Assembly (NCBI GenBank): GCA_028023455.1
Contig: JAQFVV010000006.1
Coordinates: 11,532,001-11,596,000 of the forward strand
Source of the DNA: Epiperipatus broadwayi
Lineage: Eukaryota; Animalia; Onychophora
DNA length: 64,000 bases
Direction: 5' to 3'
Shown: positions 13,900 to 25,155 of the stretch, one piece after another
Layout: the number at the start of each line of letters is the position of its first letter
Numbering within the stretch: the first letter of the stretch is position 1
Notes under the pieces: model-generated
Seen by the model: the letters and a program-made list of their open reading frames with translations, nothing else
The model's database searches: none
Told to the model about the DNA's origin: nothing
Program-made: the position numbers and the translations under genes

Positions 13900-14200
13900 A
13901 TTATGCCATCCTTTAACTGTGTTTACACATTTGTTTAAATTTTCTTGAATATACAAAGTTTCATAACATTTTCTTTCCTTGTAATTTTTAACATATTTTA
14001 TTACCTGAATATTTTTTCACAATCATTTTGTGTCCAGTATTCAAAAAATGTATATATGGCCCTGATCTTATATCCTTTATGTTATTTGCCCTATCATGCT
14101 CTTTCCTGTCTGACCTATATATATATCACATTGCAAAGGTCACAACTAATTTTATAAACCAACCTTACCCTATTTTTAATATTACCCATCCTTTTTGAGT
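13900..14200 (-). mobile_element. Penelope-like GIY-YIG endonuclease relic
   Basis: Reverse complement translates, with frameshifts, to NIKNRVRLVYKISCDLCNVIYIGQTG and RKEHDRANNIKDIRSGPYIHFLNTGH. These are typical PLE endonuclease motifs. Confidence 0.75.
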
Positions 14201-16500
14201 TACACATCCATTTCTCTAGATTTACTATTTTCCCTTCATATCTTAATATCATCAGGTAACTTTTTTTTTTTTATCAATGTCTTATACATGAATAAACATT
14301 TATTTTTATAACGTCTTGCGTGCGATTATAATTACAATAGAATGACAGCCTGTTAAGCTAATTGCGCAGACGCTGTGAGAATGTTATTAATAAATGAATA
14401 CCTTCGAACAACCACATGATATAGTATTTGTATAAGAGTAAAAAGGAATCCTCTTACTCTTATGACTCAAATGTTTATAAATGAGCAAATCTGAAGTAGT
14501 TGTAACGAAGGCGTGACTACATAATAGTCACTTTAAATTACTATATATAATGTCTGTATGAATGACGCCAATGAAATTTTCTAGAATTTACTAAACGCCA
14601 CTCTAAACGAAACTAAATCATATACATGAATAAACATTTATATAAATGCTCTGAATATGGAACCAAACCCCACTTCCTATTTGTATGATGTAGTAAATAA
14701 TTTTTTTATTTATAGTGAGTTGTCTATTTCAATTTTGTTTTAAATTGATTATTTTTAATTTCATAATTGAATAGTTATTAATATTGCAGAAACATTGTCT
14801 TTCAGAGAATGTTTGAACATTTTTATACATTCCTCTTTATCAGTTGACCCAAGTGAAGAATTGTTAAGTATCTCTGTGGATTTTTTTAAAATAGCAGTTT
14901 ACAGAGCTTAAGAAGAATTTATTCTTGTCTATTTTTTTTTTGTGTGTGTGTGTATAGGAAGTCTTCTGTTTAATATTAACTATGAAATAGTACATTGGCG
15001 AGCTTATCAAGGAGCCCATTACCATTTTTAAAACAATTATTTTGACTATATTTGATATGCAAAGTGCAATAGAGACAATTCAGGAATAAAGTTGAGCTAA
15101 GTAAAGTTGTTGGTCATGATGGATTTGGAACCAGTATAGATTGGTACTTATAATTAATGCATAAGCAGCCCTTTTCACAACATCAGCAAATTTATATTGA
15201 CCACATTTTCTTGGGGTGCATAGGTGTAATCCTAATTACTGGATTTGGATTCTTTGAAAAATAGTAATACAAATTCTGGCCATATGGCAGGACCCCTTTC
15301 ACCTCACAGCTTATTGTCTTTCATTTAAAGTACTTGATTGTTAAAAAAATTTTTGTGGGTATTGGGAAAACAAAGTTTATCAAGTTATATTGATTTACAT
15401 TATAGTGGAGTTTTAAAATATTCTGTTTAATCTGGATAAACAAATTTGAATTCATTAGTAATAAATCAATTGAATGCACAAGAGAAAACAAAATGAATAT
15501 TTCTAGGATTATTGTATAGTTGAAAGCATCAACACAATAGTTATTTAATCTAGCAAAAATACTGGAAATGGAATTTTTTTCTGATAAGAGGTTAATTGAG
15601 AATATGGAATGGAATTAATTGTTGCAAGTGGAAACACTTTTTTTTGTGTGTAGTGAGATCTAAAAGCAAAACCAGAATGCATTAAAAGTTGTATTTTCAG
15701 TGTTTTAGTTTTTTTTTTTAAACTTTCTGGGAAATGTTTTTATTCGTATTATTACTAAAGATCAAATTTATCAGGTTTAATTACAGAATTATGACATCCT
15801 GTAACAGAGTTTATGTGAACACATTGAATGTTATTACAGAGAACAGATTTTCTATATGGTTTATAAACATTATTTTCAGGTATTTTTGTTCTTCAATATA
15901 ATTAATTAGCATTATATTGCTGCTTTTATATTCTGATATTTCCATTTGGCCCATGAAGTTTAAAGAATGCTGGGTTTAACAGTTTAAAATATTTAGTAAT
16001 CATTCATTAGACTAGAGATATCCAATAATGAATAATATTCCTGTAGTGTAATTTTCACGACACCACTCTCACCCAAGGTAGGGATTGGTTTCTATCCACT
16101 TGTAATACCTGGCGGAGGGATGTAATCATAAGCATATGACTAAAGACATTTGAAAAAAATGTATGAACTCTAAGGTGCACATTTTGAGCACTCGTCAGTT
16201 GGCCAGACTACAATCTTATATATATATCTTTATCATAGTTCAATATATATATAGATAGCAATCATAGTCGGTTTCTAGTTAACATCTCGATTTTTTAAAA
16301 ATTTAGAATAGTAGTGTTGGTAGATGATGGTTTTCTATTACTAGAAAGTTTGGAGAAAAGTGATTTTCATTTAAGCTAATGTGTCTGTAAACCACAAGAG
16401 AAAAAAATGTTAATTAACAGAAAATTTAGTTATTATCAGCTATTTCTTTTAAATCACCTAAAATTCAAGATTTCAGATTGATTATCATATATATACATGT

Positions 16501-16654
16501 ATCATTAAAAACCAGTCAACACTTAGGCAATTGCAATATCAATAACAATCAACAATTTCAAACTGTTGTCAAGGTTGTCGCCTTGACAACATTTTGAAAT
16601 TGTTGATTGTTATTGATATTGGGATTGTCTAAGTGTTGACTGGTTTTTAACGAT
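16501..16654. repeat. Near-perfect ~70-bp-stem hairpin
   Basis: aaaaaccagtcaacacttaggcaa...gttgtcaagg - ttgtcg loop (16575-16580) - ccttgacaac...ttgtctaagtgttgactggttttt. Confidence 0.9.
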
Positions 16655-16744
16655 TATTTACAAACCCATTTAATCCTTGAGCATTATTATACTTATTATT
16701 TAAGTATACATATACATAAAATAAAATTTCCTTTACAGTAGAAT

Positions 16745-16935
16745 TATTATAATAAAAATTAATAATGGAAAATGGTGATATCATACAAGTAACTACTAAT
16801 GAATTGCAGAAGTACTTTTAGTTATTTTCTTCAATTGTTTCAGTTTTGAAGAAGGTTATAAAAATAAGTGAAAGTACTTCTGCATTTTGTTATTGTTATT
16901 TGTAATTATCACCATTGTTCTTTATTATTATTATA
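16745..16935. repeat. Imperfect inverted repeat (decayed MITE/hairpin)
   Basis: aatggtgata...gcagaagtacttt...ttcttcaa pairs with ttgaagaa...aaagtacttctgc...tatcaccatt. Confidence 0.6.
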
Positions 16936-17249
16936 ATATACATATATACAGATAAATTTTAATTTATATAAGTAGTACATTTCACAACTTTGTGAAACTC
17001 AATTCATATATAAGTTGTAAACAATTAACATTTATTACTGTGATGTTTTAAAGCTTGCCTTCTTTGAATTATCACTTTTATAGAGCATTACCATATTGAA
17101 AATGTTTTTATAATTTAATCAATTAAAAAAAAAAGGCAAATACAACATATTTCTAATAATATAGTAGTTCAAGCTTCCGTATTTATAATGGAAAGAAAGT
17201 TAATAGCAATTTCTAGATAATATTTTATAATATTTTAATACATATAATA

Positions 17250-17570
17250 AGAAATTCAATCAACGGCATTTTAAATATATAATTATTCTAGAATCCAGTT
17301 GTAAACTCCTAATGCCGTCTTAATTTAATCAAGTATCTTGCATTGTTATTATCCACCTGCTTATATCAGATGAGAATGATACTAATCTGACTTTATGACT
17401 TTATTAACCTGACCAGTATGGACATTGATGTTATCCAGCTTCCACATGATTTAATGGAGATGTTCTTATGACCCAAGTCTTAATTATATGTAATCTTAAA
17501 AATGTGCAAGAGATTTTAACATTGACCTCTAAAATTATTATATATTAAAAATGCCGTTGTTTGATTTTCT
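17250..17570. mobile_element. MITE-like element with ~42-bp terminal inverted repeats
   Basis: agaaattcaatcaacggcattttaaatatataattattctag (17250-17291) vs ctaaaattattatatattaaaaatgccgttgtttgattttct (17529-17570). Confidence 0.65.
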
Positions 17571-17599
17571 ATCACGTTTAATTCTTTTCAACAAACTAT

Positions 17600-19830
17600 G
17601 TAATTCTTAAACACTCGTTGACTTAGAGTTTGGTTGAAAAGATATTGTGCTTGGACAAGATGCGGCTGACCATTGGTTTAATTTAACAATTACATCTCCT
17701 GAGCCAATCAGCAATGTATTAAGGCTTGCCTCAAGATTCATTGGTGGAAACTGGAAGTGGCCACAAATGGGAATTATCACTGATGTAGAAATAAAATTTG
17801 AAAAGTCAATGGACAAAGATAAAATTATAGAAAGAGCAGCAAGATTGCTTCATATACGATTGATTTGGCTGAAGGCAATAGCGAATGGTTTCGTAAAATT
17901 AATGAAACTAAACTATCTTTCAAAAACAACAACAGTGTGTCTCAAAGAAGACAAGGGCAATAATCTGGTGTTGTTAGACTACAATGTTTATATTCTAAAA
18001 ATAAATGTATACATTATGAAGTGGCAATTTAAAAAAATTAGCACATATAACATGAAATATTTTAATGATAAATTTGTATCAACAATATTAAGGAAACTTT
18101 GTGATAAAGCGTATAATGTTCAAAATATTTAACAATGTACCCTTCAGTGGTTTTACCACCATGCATTTTTGTAAACATTAAGTTTCGCAATGAAGGCAAG
18201 CATATCAGACTCATGATAGATTTCATTGGTCATATTCCTTCAAAGCAGCAAAGAAAGTAGCTAATTGGTCAATGGAAAATATTGAATTTGACACATACAC
18301 AATCAAATCATCTTTTGAGTGTGTGGATAAAATAAAAATTCATAATAACCATAAACTAGCCACATTAGATATAAAAGAACTATATGGTTCCGTGCCTCGT
18401 GAACTATCCGTTAAAATTGTTCAATATATCTTGCAGCAAATCAATTACAATCCGTATAAGAAAGAGTTTATAATAAGTCTTAAATGGATTGATAGGGAAA
18501 TTGTAGCAATAGCCAAAGATGAATTCTATAAAATGGAGAGTTGTTAGCCAATGGGATTACTGCTAAGTAGTATTATTTGTAGCATTGTTCTGTCTAAATT
18601 TAAAAATAAGATCTTGCCTAAATATTTAATCCTTTTGACTAATAATATCTACATGCGATACATAGACATGTATTTATAAGCCGCGGAGGATCAAATCAAC
18701 ATATGGCTGGAGCTCGAAAATACACCACTGCTGGAATGAATTATTGAAGTAGAAGACATCAATCATGGGATAAATTTTCTTGGCATGTATATCCAAAAAA
18801 AAATAAAAATGTGCTCTACTTTAAAATGAAACTTAAACCTTTACAAATAAGGAGAACCATTCATCTGTTCTCAAAAGTCCCAATAGAACACAAACTGGCT
18901 AGCTTTTAATGTTTTTTATGTAGAAACAAAAATCTATGTAAATGTGAGGCAGATGGAAAAACAACATAAATGCGTATGTTAATGATCTAAAAGAGCTTGG
19001 TTATAATTGTAACACATTTATTAAAGCATTCAACAAATTTACACCAATGTAAAAAAAGTTAAATGGATTAATAATATTCCTAAAGTGTGTGTAAGCCTTT
19101 CTTATGTCCCACATATTACAAATAACCATAGAAAGATTTGCACTAACACATACATGGTTAGTTTTAGATTGCTGCTATCTCTTAACAATTTGTTGAACAA
19201 TACCAAAGACAAAATAGCTGTGGAGCATGCTCCTCAGGTGGTTTATAAAATTGCATTTTCTAACCCATCCTGCAGCTCTGTGTATTATGGGGAATCTTGT
19301 TCAAATAGATCCAGGATAATTTCCTAACATACATATTTATACAACAGAGCTAAACAAAATACGGAATACAGATTTATCTTTCTTGTCCATTAATGCGCCA
19401 CAGGTTGTACATTTTTCCCATCCAGTGTTGGAACAGTTTGCTCAGAAAGAGATGATAAGAAAAGAGTAGAAAAAGGCTTGGGCAATTGCGAAGGATCTGC
19501 ATTCCATCAACAAAAAGGATTCATGTGTTCCATTGTCTGGAAAATTAGATATCTAATTGCCTTATTTGCATATTGTACCTCATTTACAAATTATTTAATT
19601 GTATCACTACTGCATAATTTTATTCAGCACTATGAATCTGGCCATGTTTTTCTGAAAGCTAGTTTATCTTTTTAACCAAACTTGAAGTCGTGTTTAAAAA
19701 TTACATATTTATAAAAAAAATTTGAAATCTCACAAGAGTATTAAAATGAATACTTCAAGATTTTACCATGTGAAGATTACTTAAGGCCAAATAGGGCCGA
19801 AATCATAATAATAACATCTCTGTTAACTGT
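17600..19830 (+). mobile_element. Degraded Penelope-like retroelement (RT + GIY-YIG), same divergent lineage as 48108-51052
   Basis: Motifs across several frames: CLKEDKGNN, IRLMIDF, LDIKELYGSVP, PMGLLLSS, YMRYID, IHLFSKVPIEHKLASF, VVYKIAFSNPSCSSVYYGES, SINKKDSC. Many stops and frameshifts. Confidence 0.88.
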
Positions 19831-20044
19831 TTACTATAGGTAATTGGATAATGATTTAATGTGAGATAACTGATTAAATAAAAAAAGGTCAGCGCCAAGA
19901 ATTTAATATTGACCCCTAGAATTATTATACATACAGTACTGATATTTTAAATATATATATATATATACGTACCTATGAGTCAATTTAATTTAAAAATTAT
20001 ATCCATTAAAACTTCATCATACATAATTAATGAGGTCTTTGAGT

Positions 20045-20295
20045 ATTCCATCATCAGATTTTCAATGATATGGATGGCTGAAGAATTGGAGAGAGGAGAA
20101 GAATGAAGCCTGCCCATTAAAGTTTGAGGATTAGTTATCTTAATATAAACCAGCACAGATTATATATATATGTGTGAGAGATGTTGATCCAGGCAAAGTG
20201 ATGAGTGCTGGTTTAGCATGAAATGCATATATGGGAAATCATTTATCTTTTTCACATATATGTGGGTATGCGTATCGCTTGAATAAGGTGAAGTG
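20045..20295 (+). mobile_element. HHR-bearing family B copy (core C3 mutated)
   Basis: Matches 54864-55163 (ccatcatcagattttcaatg...ttgaaagt). Relic HHR at 20194-20234: G-UGAUGA GUGCU-GGUUU-AGCAU GAAA UGCAU. Confidence 0.75.
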
Positions 20296-21769
20296 GATGA
20301 CAAAAGGGAGTTTGAAAGTATATATGGGTGTATTATACTCATATGTATGTGAATGCATATGTTTATATCTTTTCTCTATAACAAAAAAAAAAAATGAAAC
20401 TTACTATCCATCATTCTTTTTATGATGAAAATTGATGATGATGAACTTAAAAGGATCTCTTAAGCATTGTAAATGGGGTAGGGTCACTTTCAGTGAACTG
20501 TTTTCCAAAGTTGAAGTATAGACCCACGGATTCAAATCTTTTTTGCTAATGCAACATATTGCTGATTTAACATCAAGGGTGTTAATATTTACCAGAACAT
20601 TTTTTCTGCTAAGGTCTTTATATGGAATAAATGCTTTTTGATGATGCAGTTTGTTATTTTTTCAATATGTCTATTTACCAAGACATTATTTCTGCTAAAA
20701 AGTATTCATATAGATTGAATGTTTTTTGATGATCAATAAGTTACTTTTAGTATTACTATTTACTATAACATTTTTTGCTAAAATTGTCATATAAACTCAT
20801 GCTTTTTGACTGTGCAATATGTTGCTATTTATCAAAACATTCACATCTTCCATTATAAATTTAGTGCTTTCAGTCTTGTGTGGATATAATTAGCAGGTTT
20901 CAAGAGCTCAAGGAATCCTGACATAAGACTTTTGTTTACTATTTTGAAAGTTGATGATTTGTTCTTAATGAATATCTAGTCAGCTTAATCCAAATTTTTC
21001 TTTCCAAACTAAAACAATTATTTTCTTTTTATCATATAAAAAGAAACACTTCATAGTTTGTTTTACCTTGATGTAATTGCTATTATCATTAACTTCATGC
21101 TTTGGAACAATTTTAAATGAAATTTTAATTTAATTCACAGTAGAAATTGCAGCGTTGCAGCATTACGTTTAGGAGATATGGAAATAGCTGCTGCAATTCA
21201 AATAAATATAGTATATATGAAATTTATAAATTTTTATTTTTTTGCTTAGATATTTTTTTACAAATCGTGAGTTTTGAGATCATAGATACCGTAATCTTAT
21301 TATAGTTAAAATAATGGATGATTGTAATTAGCAATTTTATAATTAATAAAGTTATTTTTTTTGCATTGTTAAATTTTTTCCAATTTGACAAAATAATGAA
21401 ATTATTTTTCGCTAAAGATAAAAAGATATTTCTTTGCTTTCTTTTTCACTTAAATGTTAGAATAGAGAAATACAAATAGTTTGCTGCTAGTAGAAGGTGT
21501 GTACTTCTAAAATGTGTTATTGAATCAGTACTTAGAAGGTTGGTATATTATAGATTGAGTATTTATATGTCAAATGTTTTAATTATAAAAATAAGTTTTA
21601 ATAGGTACAATATTTTGTAATATCATAAAAATAAGTAACAATCCAAATATAGGGATGTCATGAACTACGCTATATTTTTTTCCAGATCCCTCATGTTCAA
21701 TGTATATAATATATAATAGCTCAAGTTTTTAAACATTGATTAGACTACTTATTATTAATTGAATTGCAA

Positions 21770-22480
21770 CTGTACAGTACTTTCAACATGACGTATGTGT
21801 AACACACATATTTATGCATATGGCATGCATATAAATCAAGATTAGAGTATAAAAATGTTAAATATATTAATAATAAATAAAGGGGACACATTTACATATA
21901 ATTTCCTGAATGTGTGTTGACACACATTTTCTGAAGCAGTAATATTAAGAATGAAAAACTAACCATATTTTTATTTTTAAAATAAAATAAATAGCAAAAT
22001 GTATGACTTTCATAGTTATTAAATATGCTCTAGGCAGTATTCTTATTTTTTTTTGCTTTCAGACAACTTTTTTCTCTTATAGTAGTGGTCTTGCTGTCAA
22101 GAAATTAGGATCTTTAATTATTTTGATGGTTTTAAGTCAGCATCAAACTTTTAGTATAATCTAAAATTTTGTAAAACTTTTAGCATTATGTTCAGAAAAT
22201 ATTTTATTATGCAAAATACAGCGTCTCTAATTCCGAAAGGCTAAATAATAAAATGTATGTGTTTTCAACATAAGCTGAAATTTTTTTCTTTATATATATA
22301 ATTGTGTATGACATTCAGAGAAGTAAAAATGGCTCTGAATATCATAAAATTTGCAAATTTTAATGATTTTTGTTCGTTTAGTTATCTACATTTTTGTTTG
22401 TCTACATTTTTCTTTGGTTAGTGTATACTTGAAAACGTGTAGTTTGATACAGCGCAGTTTGCAGCTCCACTATATATCAA
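21770..22480 (+). repeat. Dispersed repeat family F (further copies at ~39780-40030 and ~56950-57690)
   Basis: Shared blocks such as ttcaaca, aataataa...cacatttac.ta and accatattt...aaaataaaataaa.ag. Class not identifiable. Confidence 0.6.
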
Positions 22481-22799
22481 ATATTTTTTAATTTAAGTGT
22501 GGATTTGTGTGTGATGGGTTTATATAAGTAAGCAATTGTCTCTACATTAATTAACAGCCACTTGTAGATGAATGTAGGAAAAAAGAAAAATTAACAGTGA
22601 GTTTTGACTAATTCTATAAACCAATCTTGAACCATAAGTCAGCATCATCAGCTTCCGCCATTTGACTCCAAGAGAAAAAGACAAGATAAAATAATATTTT
22701 TTTGCAATTATTATACGAACCAATCTGTAAATCATAAATATATCCACATATTGAACCAGCTGGTCAGTAATTTAGTTTGATTTCTCACCATGCTTTATA

Positions 22800-24290
22800 T
22801 CTCTCCAAACTTTTCTTTCTGAATTTTTTCAATCTCTACTTCTAATTGCAGTTCTTCATGGGATTCCTTTCTCTGCCATATCTTTCCTATGAAATAACAA
22901 TTAACACTGCTCTTCTTTGTAATGGCTTTGAAATAATTTTTATAATGTAAATGGGATTTTCCTTCTCCCAAAATAAGTTCCCCATTATATACTGCTTTAG
23001 AAAGTCATGCAGTTTATTTGTTTCATTTATCCAATTCAATAAAGATGTGGTTTTACAATAATAGACTTCATAATATCATATCTAGCATTATTTGGTTTTA
23101 TAATTTTACCATTATGTTTAAAAAATTTTATGGTCCATCTTGAAATGAAACTTTTCTAAGGCCTTTACGTTATAATGATAAGATGTCAAAGTTTTATTTC
23201 CATACCATAAGTAGATAAAATAACCACTTCATATAGCAATTCTTTCCATGTTATGAAAAGCAGTACTACCTTTCTATCTAAAAAGCTAAATTTAAAGAGC
23301 TTACATTCTCAAATTAACATCTATCCTCTGACTGAGTGATAAAGAATGTTTTTTGAACATTAATTATTAGTCTTTATATGTTACATTTCAAACATTAAAC
23401 ACATTCTGCAAATCATCTTTTGAACTGGTAAGAATAGCACAAGTACATATTGTAAATTTAAATTTCAAGGGGGGTGTGTGTTGTTTTTATTTCAAATTAA
23501 TGATTCCACTACTAAACCATATCACGTCTTGATCATTGATTTATTAAACCCTCATAAACAATTTATTCATAAATGAAATTGGGGCAATTATACATCTTTG
23601 TTTAACACCAATTTTGATATCAAATGCCTCAGATTTTTTAGCTATATTAATAATACTTTCATTTTATCATGGAGAAACTATAATACGAATAAATTCTGGG
23701 AGCTACCAATTAATTTAAACAGTCCCATAAACCTTTTCAATTAATTGAGTCAAATATCTTGACCACATCACTGAAAGCGATAAATAGATATCTTGTGCTC
23801 AACACTTGTTTGACTGGCAACAAAACCCATATCTATAGTACATCTTTATTTTCTAAAACCACATTGAATTTCTGATAACTATTTATCTATGACTGGAAGC
23901 AACTGTTCTACAAAATCTATATTCCACCGTAATTACTGCAATTTTGTCCATTCCTTTTATTTTTAAAAATTGGAACTGTAGATGCATCCTTAAAAGCAGA
24001 CCATACAACTTTATTAGTTCATATATTCTTAAAAAATTCCAGTATTATTGAAGGTAATTTATTATCACAATATTTTAAAAATTATCTCCAGATATCTCAT
24101 TAGGATTCACAGCTTTTTTATTTTTAAGATTGCAAGGAACTGTTTAGACTTCACTAAGCTGGATAACAGGAGTAGATACTATGGATATAGAATTAACTGC
24201 TAGCTTATTAATTGTATCATTAAACTGACAATCAAAATACAGTTTCTATCTGTTTGAAATATCGTCATCATATGAGGTGCCATTGTTGTT
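22800..24290 (-). mobile_element. Degraded RTE-type LINE ORF2 (RT) relic
   Basis: Reverse complement gives CSNYGGI, LFIAFSDVVKIFDS, SEAFDIKIGVKQRCIIAP and AILTSSKDDLQ, which are decayed RT motifs. Confidence 0.7.
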
Positions 24291-24941
24291 GCGTTCACTG
24301 CAGTAAAAAATCTAAAGTGACCCCGATCAGCAAATATCTTTCTCTTCTGTAGTCAATCTTCTTGTCAGATGTTGAATTCTGACTTTAAATCTGTATTTGT
24401 TACGAAACTACTATTAATTTATAATTTTACTAAGAATATATTTATTTGAATTGTAAAAAATCAAGTCAGATGTCATATGACCTAATTTTAATAAAGCTTG
24501 CATTTACAAATGTTATATATAGAGTACATAAAAACAAACTCTTAACAAGCTTCAAAAATACCCTCAACCCCAGACCGCGGTTTTTGCATCTAGCGTCGTC
24601 TGTGAGGTGTTAGGGATTAAAAATACTAGAACTAGTCTAGCATTTTATCAATGCCTAACTATTGAGAAGAAAATCTGAAACTTTCAGACATTTAAATGTC
24701 CAAAAATCCAGCTATCTAACTCATATAGCCGTATGGGACTGAACTAAATTCAGATACACCATATATTAATAGCTCTAGCAATATAAAATCGCCAAAGCCT
24801 TAATAGCAAAAACTAAAATTAAATTGATAAAAAATCAAGTCAGATGTCATATGACCTAATTTTAATAAAGCTCGTATTTACAAATGTTATGTATAGAGTA
24901 CGTAAAAACAAACTCTTAACAAGCTTCAAAAATACCCTCAA

Positions 24942-24981
24942 CCCCAGACCGCGGTTTCTGCATCTAGCATCGTCAGTGAGG
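24942..24981 (-). ncRNA. Minimal type I hammerhead ribozyme, intact, palindromic stem III
   Basis: Reverse complement: CCUCA CUGACGA UGC-UAGAU-GCA GAAA CCGCGG UC^ UGGGG. 5-bp stem I, self-complementary ACCGCGGU stem III, GUC triplet. Confidence 0.92.
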
Positions 24982-25115
24982 TGTTAGGGATTAAAAATAC
25001 TAGAACTAGTCTAGCATTTTATCAATGCCTAACTATTGAAAGTTTCAGATTTTCTTCTCAATAGTTAGGCATTGATAAAATGCTAGACTAGTTCTAGTAT
25101 TTTTAATCCCTAACA

Positions 25116-25155
25116 CCTCACTGACGACGCTAGATGCAGAAACCGCGATCTGGTG
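25116..25155 (+). ncRNA. Hammerhead ribozyme (family A), core intact, stems partly mismatched
   Basis: CCUCA CUGACGA CGC-UAGAU-GCA GAAA CCGCGA UC^ UGGUG. A further decayed copy lies on the minus strand at 24568-24607. Confidence 0.7.

Noticed and set aside
14790-15030. Exon-like open frames (ECLNIFIHSSLSVDPSEELL; GSLLFNINYEIVHWRAYQGAHYHF)
   Set aside because: No recognizable homology, no consistent exon chain, and in-frame stops nearby; probably chance or TE debris.
19765-19810. Possible HHR in the 3' UTR of the older PLE (GGCC-AAATAG-GGCC-GAAA)
   Set aside because: Stem II and GAAA are present, but no usable core sits directly upstream and there is no palindromic stem III or stem I. At best a decayed relic.
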